Positions 32,146 to 41,835 of a stretch of 64,000 nt of DNA are shown piece by piece. The notes beneath the pieces are model-generated. The model did no database searches. It was not told the origin of the DNA and saw only the letters and a program-made list of their open reading frames with translations. Each line of letters opens with the position of its first letter. Positions within the stretch are counted from its first letter, which is position 1. The stretch is from an uncultured Rhodospirillaceae bacterium (GTDB lineage Bacteria > Pseudomonadota > Alphaproteobacteria > Dongiales > Dongiaceae). A program made the position numbers and the translations under genes. The stretch lies in assembly GCA_964542425.1 (NCBI GenBank), contig CAZIUB010000044.1, forward strand, positions 8,443-72,442. Reading direction: 5' to 3'.

Positions 32146-32348
32146 GGCTTGGCGATCCCGATTCCACCCCTCCGCCTGAAGCCGCGAGGGTAGTGGCGTG
32201 CTTAGCGAAACCTTGCCGGCGGGTCAAGATTCGAGGCCGCGCCGGTCCGATCCGCCGCTTGCTGGACAAGCTCTCGCCAATCCTGGTATGGCAAGGGCCG
32301 AGGGCCGGTCGCAACGGCCCCATTGTTCCGCGCCCAGGGGGAAGCCCG

Positions 32349-33332
32349 ATGTCGTCCAAGCCGCTCGTCATCGTCACCCGGAAATTGCCGGATGCGATCG
32401 AGACCCGGATGATGGAGCTGTTCTCGGTCAAACTCAATCTGGACGACCACCCGATGTCGCAAGGCGAACTCATCGAGGCAGTCAAGGCGGCCGAAATCCT
32501 GGTTCCGACCGTCACCGACCGGATCGATGCGGCGATCCTCTCCCAGGCCGGGGAAAGGCTGCGCCTGATCGCCTCCTTCGGCACCGGCGTCGATCACATC
32601 GATTTGGCCAGCGCCCGTCAGCGCGGCATCACCGTCACCAATACGCCGGGTGTCCTCACCGAAGACACCGCCGACATGACCATGGCACTCATCCTCGCGG
32701 TCGCGCGGCGCATCAGCGAGGGCGAGCGCCTGATGCGCTCCGGCAAGTGGCAGGGCTGGAGCCCGATGGGCATGCTCGGCCACCGCATCCATGGCAAGCG
32801 GTTGGGCATTGTCGGCATGGGCCGGATCGGCCAGGCCTTGGCCCGGCGCGCGCGGGGCTTCGGCCTCTCGGTCCATTACCACAACCGGCGCCGGGTGCAT
32901 GCCTCGGTCGAGCAGCAATTGGAGGCGACCTATTGGGAGAGCCTGGACCAGATGCTCTCGCGCATGGACATCATCTCGGTCAATTGCCCGCACACGCCGG
33001 CCACCTATCATCTGCTGTCGGCGCGCAGGCTGAAGCTGTTGCCCAAGCACGCTTTCGTTGTCAACACCGCGAGGGGCGAGATCATCGACGAGGCGGCGCT
33101 CACCCGCATGCTGGAGAAACAGGAAATCGCCGGCGCCGGATTGGACGTGTTCGAGCACGAACCGGCCATCAATCCGAAGCTCTTGCGGCTCGATAACGTG
33201 GTCCTGTTGCCACACATGAGCTCGGCCACCCTCGAGGGCCGGGTCGACATGGGCGAGAAGGTCATCGTCAACATCAAGACCTTCGTCGATGGCCATAAGC
33301 CGCCCGACCGGGTGATCGAATCGATGCTGTGA
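32349..33332 (+). CDS. D-glycerate/2-hydroxyacid dehydrogenase (GyaR-like)
   Basis: GMGRIG, NTARG, LDVFEHEP, LPHM. Confidence 0.92.
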   Translation: MSSKPLVIVTRKLPDAIETRMMELFSVKLNLDDHPMSQGELIEAVKAAEILVPTVTDRIDAAILSQAGERLRLIASFGTGVDHIDLASARQRGITVTNTPGVLTEDTADMTMALILAVARRISEGERLMRSGKWQGWSPMGMLGHRIHGKRLGIVGMGRIGQALARRARGFGLSVHYHNRRRVHASVEQQLEATYWESLDQMLSRMDIISVNCPHTPATYHLLSARRLKLLPKHAFVVNTARGEIIDEAALTRMLEKQEIAGAGLDVFEHEPAINPKLLRLDNVVLLPHMSSATLEGRVDMGEKVIVNIKTFVDGHKPPDRVIESML

Positions 33333-33352
33333 ACTGGGGCGCGAGGGCGGCG

Positions 33353-34126
33353 CTATCGCGGGCGCGCCTCGCCGCAGACCGGGCAATCGGGCCGGCGCTT
33401 GATCCGGATGGCGCGAAACTCGGTCGACAACCCGTCATAGAGCAGCAATCGCCCACCCAGACTTTCGCCCAGGCCGAGCAATTCCTTTAGCACTTCGGTT
33501 GCCTGCAAGGCGCCGATCGTGCCCGCGACCGCCCCCAGTATGCCGGCCTGTTCGCAGCGCGGGATGAAATCAGGGTCGGGCTCCTCCGGGAAGACGCAGC
33601 GATAGCAGGGAAACTCGGCCCCCTGATGCGCCTTGAAGACACCGATCTGGCCGTCGAACCTGAGGAGGGCCGCCGCCACCAACGGGCGCTTTTCGCGATA
33701 GCAGATCTCGCTCAAAAGATAGCGGGTGCGGAAATTGTCGGTGCCATCGGCCACCAGATCATAGGGGCGCACGAGATCGGCGGCGTTGTTCTCGACCAGG
33801 CGAATTGCGTGAACCACCGCCTTCACCTCGGGGTTGAGCCGGCGCACGAAATCAGCGGCGCTCTCGGCCTTGTTGCGCCCGACATCTTCCAGCCGATGAA
33901 TGGTCTGGCGCTGAAGGTTGGAGATCTCCACCCGGTCATCATCGACGATGCCGATCGTGCCTACGCCGGCCGCCGCCAGATACTGGATGAGCGGCGAGCC
34001 CAATCCGCCCGCGCCCACCACCAGCACTTTCGATCGCAGCAGCTTGATCTGCCCCTCTTCGCCGACCTCGTCCAGGACGACGTGGCGGGCATAACGCTCC
34101 AATTGGCTGTCGCTGAGTTCGGTCAT
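33353..34126 (-). CDS. moeB: Molybdopterin-synthase adenylyltransferase MoeB/ThiF family
   Basis: ERYARH, GAGGLG, SNLQRQ, CYRC, CPVC. Confidence 0.88.
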   Translation of the reverse strand: MTELSDSQLERYARHVVLDEVGEEGQIKLLRSKVLVVGAGGLGSPLIQYLAAAGVGTIGIVDDDRVEISNLQRQTIHRLEDVGRNKAESAADFVRRLNPEVKAVVHAIRLVENNAADLVRPYDLVADGTDNFRTRYLLSEICYREKRPLVAAALLRFDGQIGVFKAHQGAEFPCYRCVFPEEPDPDFIPRCEQAGILGAVAGTIGALQATEVLKELLGLGESLGGRLLLYDGLSTEFRAIRIKRRPDCPVCGEARPR

Positions 34127-34176
34127 GATTGCACGGCAATCGTCGTTGTCACTCGTGTTAGGGACGTTCTCTTATT

Positions 34177-34238
34177 TGTCATTGCCGGGCTTGACCCGGC
34201 GATCCATGGATGCAAGGGACCCAAGTCCGGGCATGACA
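34177..34238. repeat. REP-like palindrome (GTCATTGCCGGGCTTGACCCGG type)
   Basis: TGTCATTGCCGGGCTTG...CAAGTCCGGGCATGACA inverted repeat. Confidence 0.75.
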
Positions 34239-34248
34239 GAAAAATCGA

Positions 34249-35220
34249 TCACTCCAGACCCTCGAAGAGCGCGGTCGAAAGATACCGCTCGGCGAAAGAT
34301 GGCAGGATGACGACGATGCGCTTGCCGTGCATCGCCTTGCGCTGCCCAAGCTCGCAGGCGGCGGCAAGTGCGGCACCCGAGGAGATGCCCACCGGCAGGC
34401 CCTCGATCCTGGCCGCCTTGCGCGCCATGGCAAGCGCCGAGGCGTTGCTGACCGCCAGAACCTCGTCGATCACCGCGCGATTGAGGATTTCCGGCACGAA
34501 GCCAGCACCAATGCCTTGGATCTTGTGCGGGCCAGGTGCCCCTCCGGAAAGAACCGGCGAATCCTCGGGTTCGACCGCGATCATCTTTAAATGCGGCAGG
34601 CGGCCCTTCAAGACCTCGCCCAGACCGGTGATTGTGCCCCCGGTGCCAACGCCAGACACGATCGCATCCAGCCGCCCATCACAATCGCGCCAGATCTCCT
34701 CGGCGGTGGTTCGGCGGTGGATTTCCGGATTGGCCGGGTTCTTGAATTGCTGGGGGATGACTGCGCCCGGAATCTCGCGCAGCAATTCTTCCGCGCGCTG
34801 AATCGCCCCGGACATGCCGCGGGCGGAGGGGGTCAGTTCCAACTCGGCGCCGAGAAGGCGCAGCATCTTGCGCCGTTCCACCGACATGCTCTCTGGCATG
34901 GCCAGGATCAGCCGGTAGCCCTTGACCGCGCACACGAAGGCGAGCGCGATCCCGGTATTGCCGCTGGTGGGTTCGATGATGGTGGCGCCGGGGCCGATCG
35001 CGCCCTCGTCCTCCAGATGCTCGATCATGGCGATGCCGAGGCGATCCTTGACCGAGGACAGCGGATTGAAGAATTCGCACTTGCCAAGGAGTTCGGCTCC
35101 CACGCCTTCTGCGCGGGCGAGCTTGGCCAGGCGAATGATCGGCGTGGCGCCGATCGTCTCCAGCAGATTCTCGTAGATGCGACCGCGGAAATGCGGCTCC
35201 GTCGCCATCATCTTGTTCAT
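34249..35220 (-). CDS. cysK: Cysteine synthase A
   Basis: SVKDR PLP lysine, PTSGNTG, GTGGT, IQGIG. Confidence 0.96.
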   Translation of the reverse strand: MNKMMATEPHFRGRIYENLLETIGATPIIRLAKLARAEGVGAELLGKCEFFNPLSSVKDRLGIAMIEHLEDEGAIGPGATIIEPTSGNTGIALAFVCAVKGYRLILAMPESMSVERRKMLRLLGAELELTPSARGMSGAIQRAEELLREIPGAVIPQQFKNPANPEIHRRTTAEEIWRDCDGRLDAIVSGVGTGGTITGLGEVLKGRLPHLKMIAVEPEDSPVLSGGAPGPHKIQGIGAGFVPEILNRAVIDEVLAVSNASALAMARKAARIEGLPVGISSGAALAAACELGQRKAMHGKRIVVILPSFAERYLSTALFEGLE

Positions 35221-35261
35221 CTATGATCCATTCGTCTCCCGGGCGCAATCGTGGGCAAGAG

Positions 35262-35717
35262 TCAGATCGAGAAGTCGAGCTTGGCTTCGGTGTCGGCGCG
35301 GATGCCGGCCTGCTGGGCGCGCTGGCACAGATCCTCCAGCGTCACCGAATCCAGTTCCGTCACCATCTTCTTCTGCAAATCTCGCCACAGCGGGCGCACG
35401 ATCTCCAGCCCGACGCGCGAGCCGCTCGCGGTCTGCACCGGATCTTGATTGCCCTCGAAGTGGCGCACCGCGCGCACGATCTCGCCCAGGCTGATGCGGC
35501 GGCGTTCTCTCGCCAATTGATAGCCGCCCCGAGGCCCGCGATGCCCGGCCAAAACGCCGCTCCGTACCAAATGCTGCAGCACCTGCTCCAGATAGCGCCG
35601 GGGTATGCCCTGGCGCTCGGAAATGTCGCCCGATTGCACCGGGCCGGCGGTGCCGTAATAGGCGATGTCGAGAACCGATTCGATGGCAAGAAGCAGGCGC
35701 TTGGATGGGTGAAGCAC
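35262..35717 (-). CDS. Rrf2-family regulator (CymR-like)
   Basis: YLEQVL, RGPRGGYQL; upstream of cysK. Confidence 0.9.
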   Translation of the reverse strand: MLHPSKRLLLAIESVLDIAYYGTAGPVQSGDISERQGIPRRYLEQVLQHLVRSGVLAGHRGPRGGYQLARERRRISLGEIVRAVRHFEGNQDPVQTASGSRVGLEIVRPLWRDLQKKMVTELDSVTLEDLCQRAQQAGIRADTEAKLDFSI

Positions 35718-35723
35718 GTCTAC

Positions 35724-36194
35724 TCACCCCGCCGCCGGATTGCCGGCGATTCCGGTCGAGCCGTAACCGCCCTCGCCGCGCGGGGTTTCCTCGAGGTTCA
35801 AGCGCTCGTCCCAGACGACGCGCGCGACCGGCGCCACCACCAGCTGCGCGATCCGCTCGCCCCGGCGCAACAGCGCTGGCGTTTGGCCTAGATTGATCAA
35901 GAGCACCATCACCTCGCCCCGGTAATCGGCATCGATGGTGCCCGGGGAATTGAGCACGGTCAGGCCGTGGCGAAGGGCCAGGCCCGAGCGCGGCCGCACC
36001 TGCGCCTCGTGACCCGTCGGGAGCTGGATGGCGATACCGGTCGGGATCAGGGCTCGCTCCATGGGGGCAAGCTTGATCTCGTTCTCGATCGCCGCCGGCA
36101 GATCTACACCAGCGGCATGCTTGCTCGCGTATTCGGGCAGAGCAAGGCCTTCGCCGTGGGGAAGGCGCATGATCGCGACGCGCAATTCAGCCAT
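35724..36194 (-). CDS. dut: dUTPase
   Basis: RPRSGLA, GTIDADYRGE, RGEGGYGSTG. Confidence 0.97.
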   Translation of the reverse strand: MAELRVAIMRLPHGEGLALPEYASKHAAGVDLPAAIENEIKLAPMERALIPTGIAIQLPTGHEAQVRPRSGLALRHGLTVLNSPGTIDADYRGEVMVLLINLGQTPALLRRGERIAQLVVAPVARVVWDERLNLEETPRGEGGYGSTGIAGNPAAG

Positions 36195-37419
36195 TGCCCT
36201 TGCCCCTCTTCAGGCGCGCGCGCAGCGCCGCTGCGATGCGCTGGCCCAGGCGTTCGGCCACATCCGCCTTGCTCAGTTCCGGCCAATCCTCGGTTCCGGC
36301 GGCGCGAATCAGGTGCACCTTGTTGCGATCGCCGCCAAAGGTGCCCGTTGCCGCCGACACGTCATTGGCGAGAATCCAGTCGCAGCCCTTGGCCTTGAGC
36401 TTGATCCTGGCGTGTTCGACCACGCGCTCGGTCTCGGCGGCAAAGCCGATCACCAGGCGCGGCCGCTTTGGTCCGGTTGCGGAAAGCGTGGCCAGGATGT
36501 CGGGGTTGGCGACGAGCTTCAGAACCCGGCCTTCCTCGGTGCCAACCTTCTTGATCTTCTGGGTGGATGCGTCCGCGGGACGCCAATCGGAGACCGCGGC
36601 CGCGCAGATGGCGACATCGACCGGCAGCGCGCCATTGACCGCGTCCAGCATCTGGCGCGCATCAATCACCCGGCGCGTCGTCGCGCCGATCGGATCGGCA
36701 AGCTCGGTCGGTCCGCTGATGAGGATCGTGTCGGCGCCAAGCCTGGCCAAGGCCTGGGCGATGGCATGGCCCTGCTTGCCGGAGGATCGATTGGCGATGT
36801 AGCGCACGGGATCGATCGCTTCTTGGGTCGGGCCGGAGGTAACCAGGGCGCGAACGCCCTTCAGCGGCTGGTCCTTGGGCGCCAGCATTGCCTGGATAGC
36901 ATCCAGGATCTCGGCCGGTTCCGCCAGCCGCCCGTCGCCCTCCTCGCCGCAGGCAAGATCGCCCGCGCCCGGACCCACGAAGCCGATCCCCCGCGCGCGC
37001 AAGGCGGCGACATTGGCCTGGGTCGCTTTGTGGCGCCACATCATCACGTTCATCGCCGGAACGACCAGGACTGGCTTGTCGGTCGCAAGCAGCGCGGTGG
37101 TCGCCAAATCGTCGGCCAATCCTGCCGCCATCTTGGCCAGGAGATCGGCCGATGCCGGTGCCACCACGACCAGTTCGGCCTCGCGCGACAGCCTTATGTG
37201 GCCCATCTCGCTCTCGTCGGTCAGCGAAAACAAGTCCTGATAGACCCGTTCGCCGCTCAAGGCGGCGATGGAGAGGGGTGTCACGAATTCCGCCCCGCCC
37301 TTGGTCAGGATGGTGGGGAAGGTGAGCCCGCGCTCGCCCCCACGCCGGATCAATTCCAGCGCCTTGTAGGCAGCAATGCCGCCCGAAATGATGAGCAGGA
37401 TACGACGTTTTGCGGCCAC
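36187..37419 (-). CDS. coaBC: Bifunctional CoaBC
   Basis: GGIAAYK, PAMN, LACGEEG.GR, DPVRYIANRSSGKQG, GFAAET. Confidence 0.96.
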   Translation of the reverse strand: MAAKRRILLIISGGIAAYKALELIRRGGERGLTFPTILTKGGAEFVTPLSIAALSGERVYQDLFSLTDESEMGHIRLSREAELVVVAPASADLLAKMAAGLADDLATTALLATDKPVLVVPAMNVMMWRHKATQANVAALRARGIGFVGPGAGDLACGEEGDGRLAEPAEILDAIQAMLAPKDQPLKGVRALVTSGPTQEAIDPVRYIANRSSGKQGHAIAQALARLGADTILISGPTELADPIGATTRRVIDARQMLDAVNGALPVDVAICAAAVSDWRPADASTQKIKKVGTEEGRVLKLVANPDILATLSATGPKRPRLVIGFAAETERVVEHARIKLKAKGCDWILANDVSAATGTFGGDRNKVHLIRAAGTEDWPELSKADVAERLGQRIAAALRARLKRGKGNG

Positions 37420-37502
37420 TTCCCATATTCCACAGTTCAATAGAGTATTTACTGTGCCGAAGCGGGTTTTGCAAGCGGGTGGGAGGTTGACCCCGGCTTC
37501 CA

Positions 37503-37668
37503 GTAACGGGTAACGGGGTAACGGTGGGTAACGGTCGTAACGGTGGGTGGTAACGGTGCCAAATGGGCGCCGTCCACACATGACAGTGCACTTAATTGCC
37601 TCACTGCCGCGGGTCGAAATGCAAGGGCAGCCTATTTAGTGCGCTGTTACCGTTTTATCGTTTTATCC
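37503..37668. repeat. Six irregular GTAACGG units plus inverted repeat TGACAGTGCACTTAAT / ATTTAGTGCGCTGTTA
   Basis: Units at 37503, 37510, 37518, 37528, 37537, 37550; IR arms 37581-37596 and 37634-37649 (13/16). Confidence 0.8.
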
Positions 37669-37711
37669 CCGCCCGAGATAAGACAATCGGTTCAAATCGT
37701 AGTTGCACCCG

Positions 37712-39268
37712 CTATCGCGTGAACAGCAGCCCGGCGACGAGGACCGCGATGATCAGCCACAGGAACCAGTTGCTTCCGGTCCGGTTGATGACATTCAAGG
37801 CCTCGGGGTCGAGTTTCAGCCCGCCCTCGGCCAGGTGATCGACCACCCGGTCGAGGTTGCGCATGACGGAAGGGAAGCGGGCGGCCACATGCAGCGCTTC
37901 TTCCATCGCCTGGGCAAGCCTTGCCTCGGGTCCGCGATTGTCGCGCATCCATTGTTCGATCAAGGGCCGGGCGAGCGTCCAGATGTTGAGCGTCGAGTTC
38001 AATTGTCGGCTGATCCCTTCGGCCATCAGCATGTTCTTCTGCAGCAGCAGCAATTCCGGCTGCACCTCCATCTCGAAGCTCTCGGTCACGCCGAACACCT
38101 GGCCCAGCACGCGGGCGAAGGAGATCTCGTGCAAGGGCTTGCCGTGGATGGGTTCGCCGATCGAGCGCAGAGCCAGCGTGAACTCGTCCACGGATTTCCT
38201 GGCCGAGAGGTACCCGGCATCGAGATAGATGCGGGCCACGCACGCGTAATCGCGTTCCAGGAACGCCAGCAGCATGTCGGCCAGGAAAAAGCGGGTCGGA
38301 CGCGACAATCGGCCCATGATGCCGAAATCGACCACCTGGATGGCGCCGTCCGCCCCGACCGTCATGTTGCCGGGGTGCTGGTCGCCGTGGAAATAGCCGT
38401 CGCGGAAGGCCTGATTGAAGAAGATCGCCGCCGCCTTGGCCAGCACTTCGTCAACGTCATGGCCGGAAGCAAGCATCGCCCCGCGATCGTCCATCGGAAT
38501 GCCGATCAGGCGCTCCTGGGTCATCACCCGCTTGCCGGTTCTAAGCCAGTCGATCTCGGGCACCCGATAGTTGGGATCGCCAGCGAAATTCTCGCGCAAT
38601 TCCGTGGCCGAGGCCGCCTCCAGCCGTAAATCCATTTCCACCCGCATGGTGGCGGCGAAGGTCCGCACGATCTCGACCGGTTTCAGGCGGCGGAGCCTCG
38701 GCTGCGTGCGCTCGATCAGCTCGGCCACCCATAGCAGCAGATCGGTGTCGCGCTTGAAGGCGATCTCGATGCCCGGGCGCAACACCTTGACCGCGACCTT
38801 TCGGCCATCGGGAAACGCCGCGTCGGGCGGGGTCAGCGCGAAATGCACCTGACTGATCGAGGCGGCCGAGACCGGCAAATCCTCGAATTCCGCGAACAAA
38901 TCGCCGACCGGCGCGCCCAATTCCGTCGCGATCGTCGCCCGCGCCTCGAAGGCCGAGAAGGCCGGCAATTGATCCTGAAGCTTGGCCAGGTCGGCGGCCA
39001 CCTGCTCGCCCAGGAGGTCCGAGCGCGTGGACAAGACTTGTCCTAGTTTGATGAAGGCCGGGCCCAGATCGGTCAGCGCCAACGCCAAGCGTTCGCCCGG
39101 GCGCTTGGCGCCGCCGCCCTGGCCGAAGAACAGCCGAATGAAAAACAGCAGGAGGGGCGCGATGCCGGCGTCCGCCATCGCCTCCTCGAACGGTGCCAGG
39201 GCACCATGCCGCGCGAATACGATGGCAATCCGCAAGAGCCGCAGGAGGGAACGCGCCGATCGCAGCAT
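37712..39268 (-). CDS. ubiB: Ubiquinone biosynthesis kinase-like UbiB
   Basis: LGPAFIKLGQ, AASISQVH, VAVKV, FHGD.HPGN, DFGIMG. Confidence 0.96.
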   Translation of the reverse strand: MLRSARSLLRLLRIAIVFARHGALAPFEEAMADAGIAPLLLFFIRLFFGQGGGAKRPGERLALALTDLGPAFIKLGQVLSTRSDLLGEQVAADLAKLQDQLPAFSAFEARATIATELGAPVGDLFAEFEDLPVSAASISQVHFALTPPDAAFPDGRKVAVKVLRPGIEIAFKRDTDLLLWVAELIERTQPRLRRLKPVEIVRTFAATMRVEMDLRLEAASATELRENFAGDPNYRVPEIDWLRTGKRVMTQERLIGIPMDDRGAMLASGHDVDEVLAKAAAIFFNQAFRDGYFHGDQHPGNMTVGADGAIQVVDFGIMGRLSRPTRFFLADMLLAFLERDYACVARIYLDAGYLSARKSVDEFTLALRSIGEPIHGKPLHEISFARVLGQVFGVTESFEMEVQPELLLLQKNMLMAEGISRQLNSTLNIWTLARPLIEQWMRDNRGPEARLAQAMEEALHVAARFPSVMRNLDRVVDHLAEGGLKLDPEALNVINRTGSNWFLWLIIAVLVAGLLFTR

Positions 39269-40024
39269 TCAGATTCGCCAGCCCGAATGCAGCGCGGCGA
39301 TGCCCCCGGATAGATTGCGCCACGTGACTTGGCTCAATCCGCTTTCCGCCATCATGCCGGCCAGTGTCTTCTGATTGGGGAATCGCCGGATCGATTCGAC
39401 CAGATATTGATAGGCTTGGCGGTCTCCCGCGACGCGCTCGCCCAGCCAGGGCAGCAGGTTGAACGAATAGAGATCATAGAGCCTGGACAGCGAGGGGATG
39501 GCGAAGGTGGAAAATTCCAGGCACAGGAACCGCCCGCCCGGGCGCAACACGCGGAATGCCTCGGCCAGCGCGCGCTCTGGCTTGGCCACGTTGCGCAGGC
39601 AAAAGGCGATGGTGTAGGCATCGTGACGCATGTCCGGCATCGGCAAGGTCTCGGCATTGCCGGCGACCCAGGAAATTCCCGACAATTGTCCCCGGTCGAT
39701 GGCGCGATCCCGCCCGACATCGAGCATGGCCGGCGTCAGGTCGCAGATCGTGACCTCGGCCGAGGGCGCGCGCTCCAGAATGCGCAAGGCGATGTCGCCG
39801 GTGCCGCCGCCCACATCCAGCACCCGCCAATGCGGCCGCGGGTCCAGCCAATCGATCATCGCCGCCTTCCACAGGCGATGGATGCCGGCCGACATCAAAT
39901 CGTTCATCAGATCGTACTTGCCAGCGACCGATCGGAATACATCGCCGACCAGCATGGTCTTGGCGCTGGCATCGACGCGGGCGTCGCCGAACCAAGTCTG
40001 CTCTTTCCGGGGTGGTTCCATCAT
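39269..40024 (-). CDS. ubiE: Ubiquinone/menaquinone C-methyltransferase
   Basis: YDLMNDLMS, LDVGGGTGD, YLVESIRRFP. Confidence 0.96.
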   Translation of the reverse strand: MMEPPRKEQTWFGDARVDASAKTMLVGDVFRSVAGKYDLMNDLMSAGIHRLWKAAMIDWLDPRPHWRVLDVGGGTGDIALRILERAPSAEVTICDLTPAMLDVGRDRAIDRGQLSGISWVAGNAETLPMPDMRHDAYTIAFCLRNVAKPERALAEAFRVLRPGGRFLCLEFSTFAIPSLSRLYDLYSFNLLPWLGERVAGDRQAYQYLVESIRRFPNQKTLAGMMAESGLSQVTWRNLSGGIAALHSGWRI

Positions 40025-40199
40025 GGCCCGCACATTAGTGCGGAACGGTGCGGAATGGAACTGCCGGGGTAGGGCGTCGCCGCGGGGTTCGCCAAGGCCA
40101 CGGAGAATCGCATCATGCCTTGACTTGCGGGCCAATTTCGCAGTCGCTGATGCGCGAATCTTTTTGCCCTTAGACCAGCAAAGGCGAGCCGGAAACGCG

Positions 40200-41042
40200 A
40201 TGCCCGAGTTGCCGGAAGTCGAAACCATCTGCCGGGGTCTGGCGCGGCGTCTCGAAGGGCGCCGGCTATGCAGCGTGTTGCAGCGCCGGCCCGATCTCAG
40301 GTTTGCTTTGCCGAGGAACTTCGCCAAGCGTCTCGAGGGCAGAACGATCATCCGGATCTTCCGCCGGGCCAAATACATGATCTGGGAATTGGATGACGGT
40401 CAGGCACTGCTTGGCCATCTCGGCATGTCGGGAAGAATGCTGGTGAGCGAAGGCGTGCCCGATGTTCTGGAACGCCATGACCATCTGGTGTTCGAAACCG
40501 AGGACGGCGCCTGCGTGCGCTTCAATGATACCAGGCGATTCGGGATGATGGATTTGGTCGCGATCGATGCCCTCTCGCACCACAAACTGCTCAAGGGTTT
40601 GGGGCCGGAACCGCTGGAGCGCGCCTTCGACGCGGCGGCGCTCGGGGCCGCGCTCAGGGACAAGAAGACCAGTATCAAGGCGGCCCTACTCGATCAGCGC
40701 GTGGTGGCGGGCCTGGGCAACATCTATGTTTCCGAGGCTCTGTTTCGCGCCGGCGTTTCGCCCCGGCGCCAGGCACGCTCCGTCCCGGGCGCGCGCGCGC
40801 GCCGCCTGGTCCGGGCGATCAAGGCCGTGCTTAGGGAAGCGATCGCCGCCGGTGGTTCGTCGCTGCGCGACTATGTGCAGAGCGACGGCGAGCTCGGCTA
40901 TTTCCAGCATCGCTGGCGGGTCTATGACCGCGAGGGCGGGAAATGCCACGGCTGCGATTGTGAGACCGCGCTCACCGGCGGGGTCCGGCGCATCGTCCAG
41001 GCCGGCCGCTCGACCTTCTATTGCCCGAGGCGCCAGAAATGA
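40200..41042 (+). CDS. mutM: Formamidopyrimidine-DNA glycosylase
   Basis: MPELPEVE, HLGMSG, GLGNIY, C-terminal zinc finger. Confidence 0.97.
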   Translation: MPELPEVETICRGLARRLEGRRLCSVLQRRPDLRFALPRNFAKRLEGRTIIRIFRRAKYMIWELDDGQALLGHLGMSGRMLVSEGVPDVLERHDHLVFETEDGACVRFNDTRRFGMMDLVAIDALSHHKLLKGLGPEPLERAFDAAALGAALRDKKTSIKAALLDQRVVAGLGNIYVSEALFRAGVSPRRQARSVPGARARRLVRAIKAVLREAIAAGGSSLRDYVQSDGELGYFQHRWRVYDREGGKCHGCDCETALTGGVRRIVQAGRSTFYCPRRQK

Positions 41043-41051
41043 CCTTTCGGG

Positions 41052-41714
41052 TTACGCCTTCGCGTCGTGGGGCAGCGGAAAGTGCCGTGGGAACAGGCCG
41101 TGAAGCCCCAGCCGGCAGACCGCGCGCGCCTCGAGCTTGCGAAATCGTCGCGGGCTCAGCGCCCAATCGATCCACAACCCCTCCAGCAAATAGACGATGG
41201 CGAGTGCGGCCTCCGGCGCCCTGATCGGATAGGCGCCCTCGGCCACCAGTTCGCGGCACGCGCCCTGAACGGCGCGATGGAAATCGGCCTCGCGCGGGTC
41301 GCAATAAGGGCGGTAGTTCGGCCGCGAGATGGCCTCGCGCCGATAGGAGAGCCAGGCCACCAGCCAATCTCGATCGATCCCGCCGCGGTCGATATCGTGC
41401 TCGATGATCGCCCACAGGCGCTCGGCTGACGCGGGTCCGGCCTGCGCCAGAGCCGCCTGCCAGGATGCGCGGTAGGAGCGTGCCAGATGCCGCAGCACTT
41501 CGAAGAGCAGGCTCTCCTTGCTGACGAAATAGAGATTGACCATCCCGCGCGACAGGCCGGAATAATGCACCAGGCGCGTCACCGAAACGCCGGCGAAGCC
41601 ATGCCGGGCGATGGCCCTGATCGTGGCATCGATGATCGTCTGGCGATAAAAGATCTTGGCTTGGCCCCGATCGCGCGGCCGCTCGGGCTTTTTTGCCCCA
41701 CTTCGCTCGATCAT
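41052..41714 (-). CDS. TetR/BetI-like regulator
   Basis: N-terminal HTH (GLSRGMVNLYFVSKE). Confidence 0.88.
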   Translation of the reverse strand: MIERSGAKKPERPRDRGQAKIFYRQTIIDATIRAIARHGFAGVSVTRLVHYSGLSRGMVNLYFVSKESLLFEVLRHLARSYRASWQAALAQAGPASAERLWAIIEHDIDRGGIDRDWLVAWLSYRREAISRPNYRPYCDPREADFHRAVQGACRELVAEGAYPIRAPEAALAIVYLLEGLWIDWALSPRRFRKLEARAVCRLGLHGLFPRHFPLPHDAKA

Positions 41715-41749
41715 GATCCGATCCCCCGACGGCGCTTGACACAGCATCA

Positions 41750-41773
41750 TTTCATGAACGGTCATTCATGAAA
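41750..41773. promoter_or_regulatory. Probable TetR operator
   Basis: TTTCATGAA-N6-TTCATGAAA just downstream of TTGACA, between divergent genes. Confidence 0.65.
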
Positions 41774-41835
41774 AGCAGCGTTTTGTTTGACCGCGCTGGG
41801 CGCGGCCACCGGCACAAGAGATGGGAGGAAGCGGG

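Noticed and set aside
37503..37560. CRISPR array or iterons (also considered for 47870-47986)
   Set aside because: Units are only 7-12 bp, there are no unique spacers of regular length, and no cas or rep gene is nearby.
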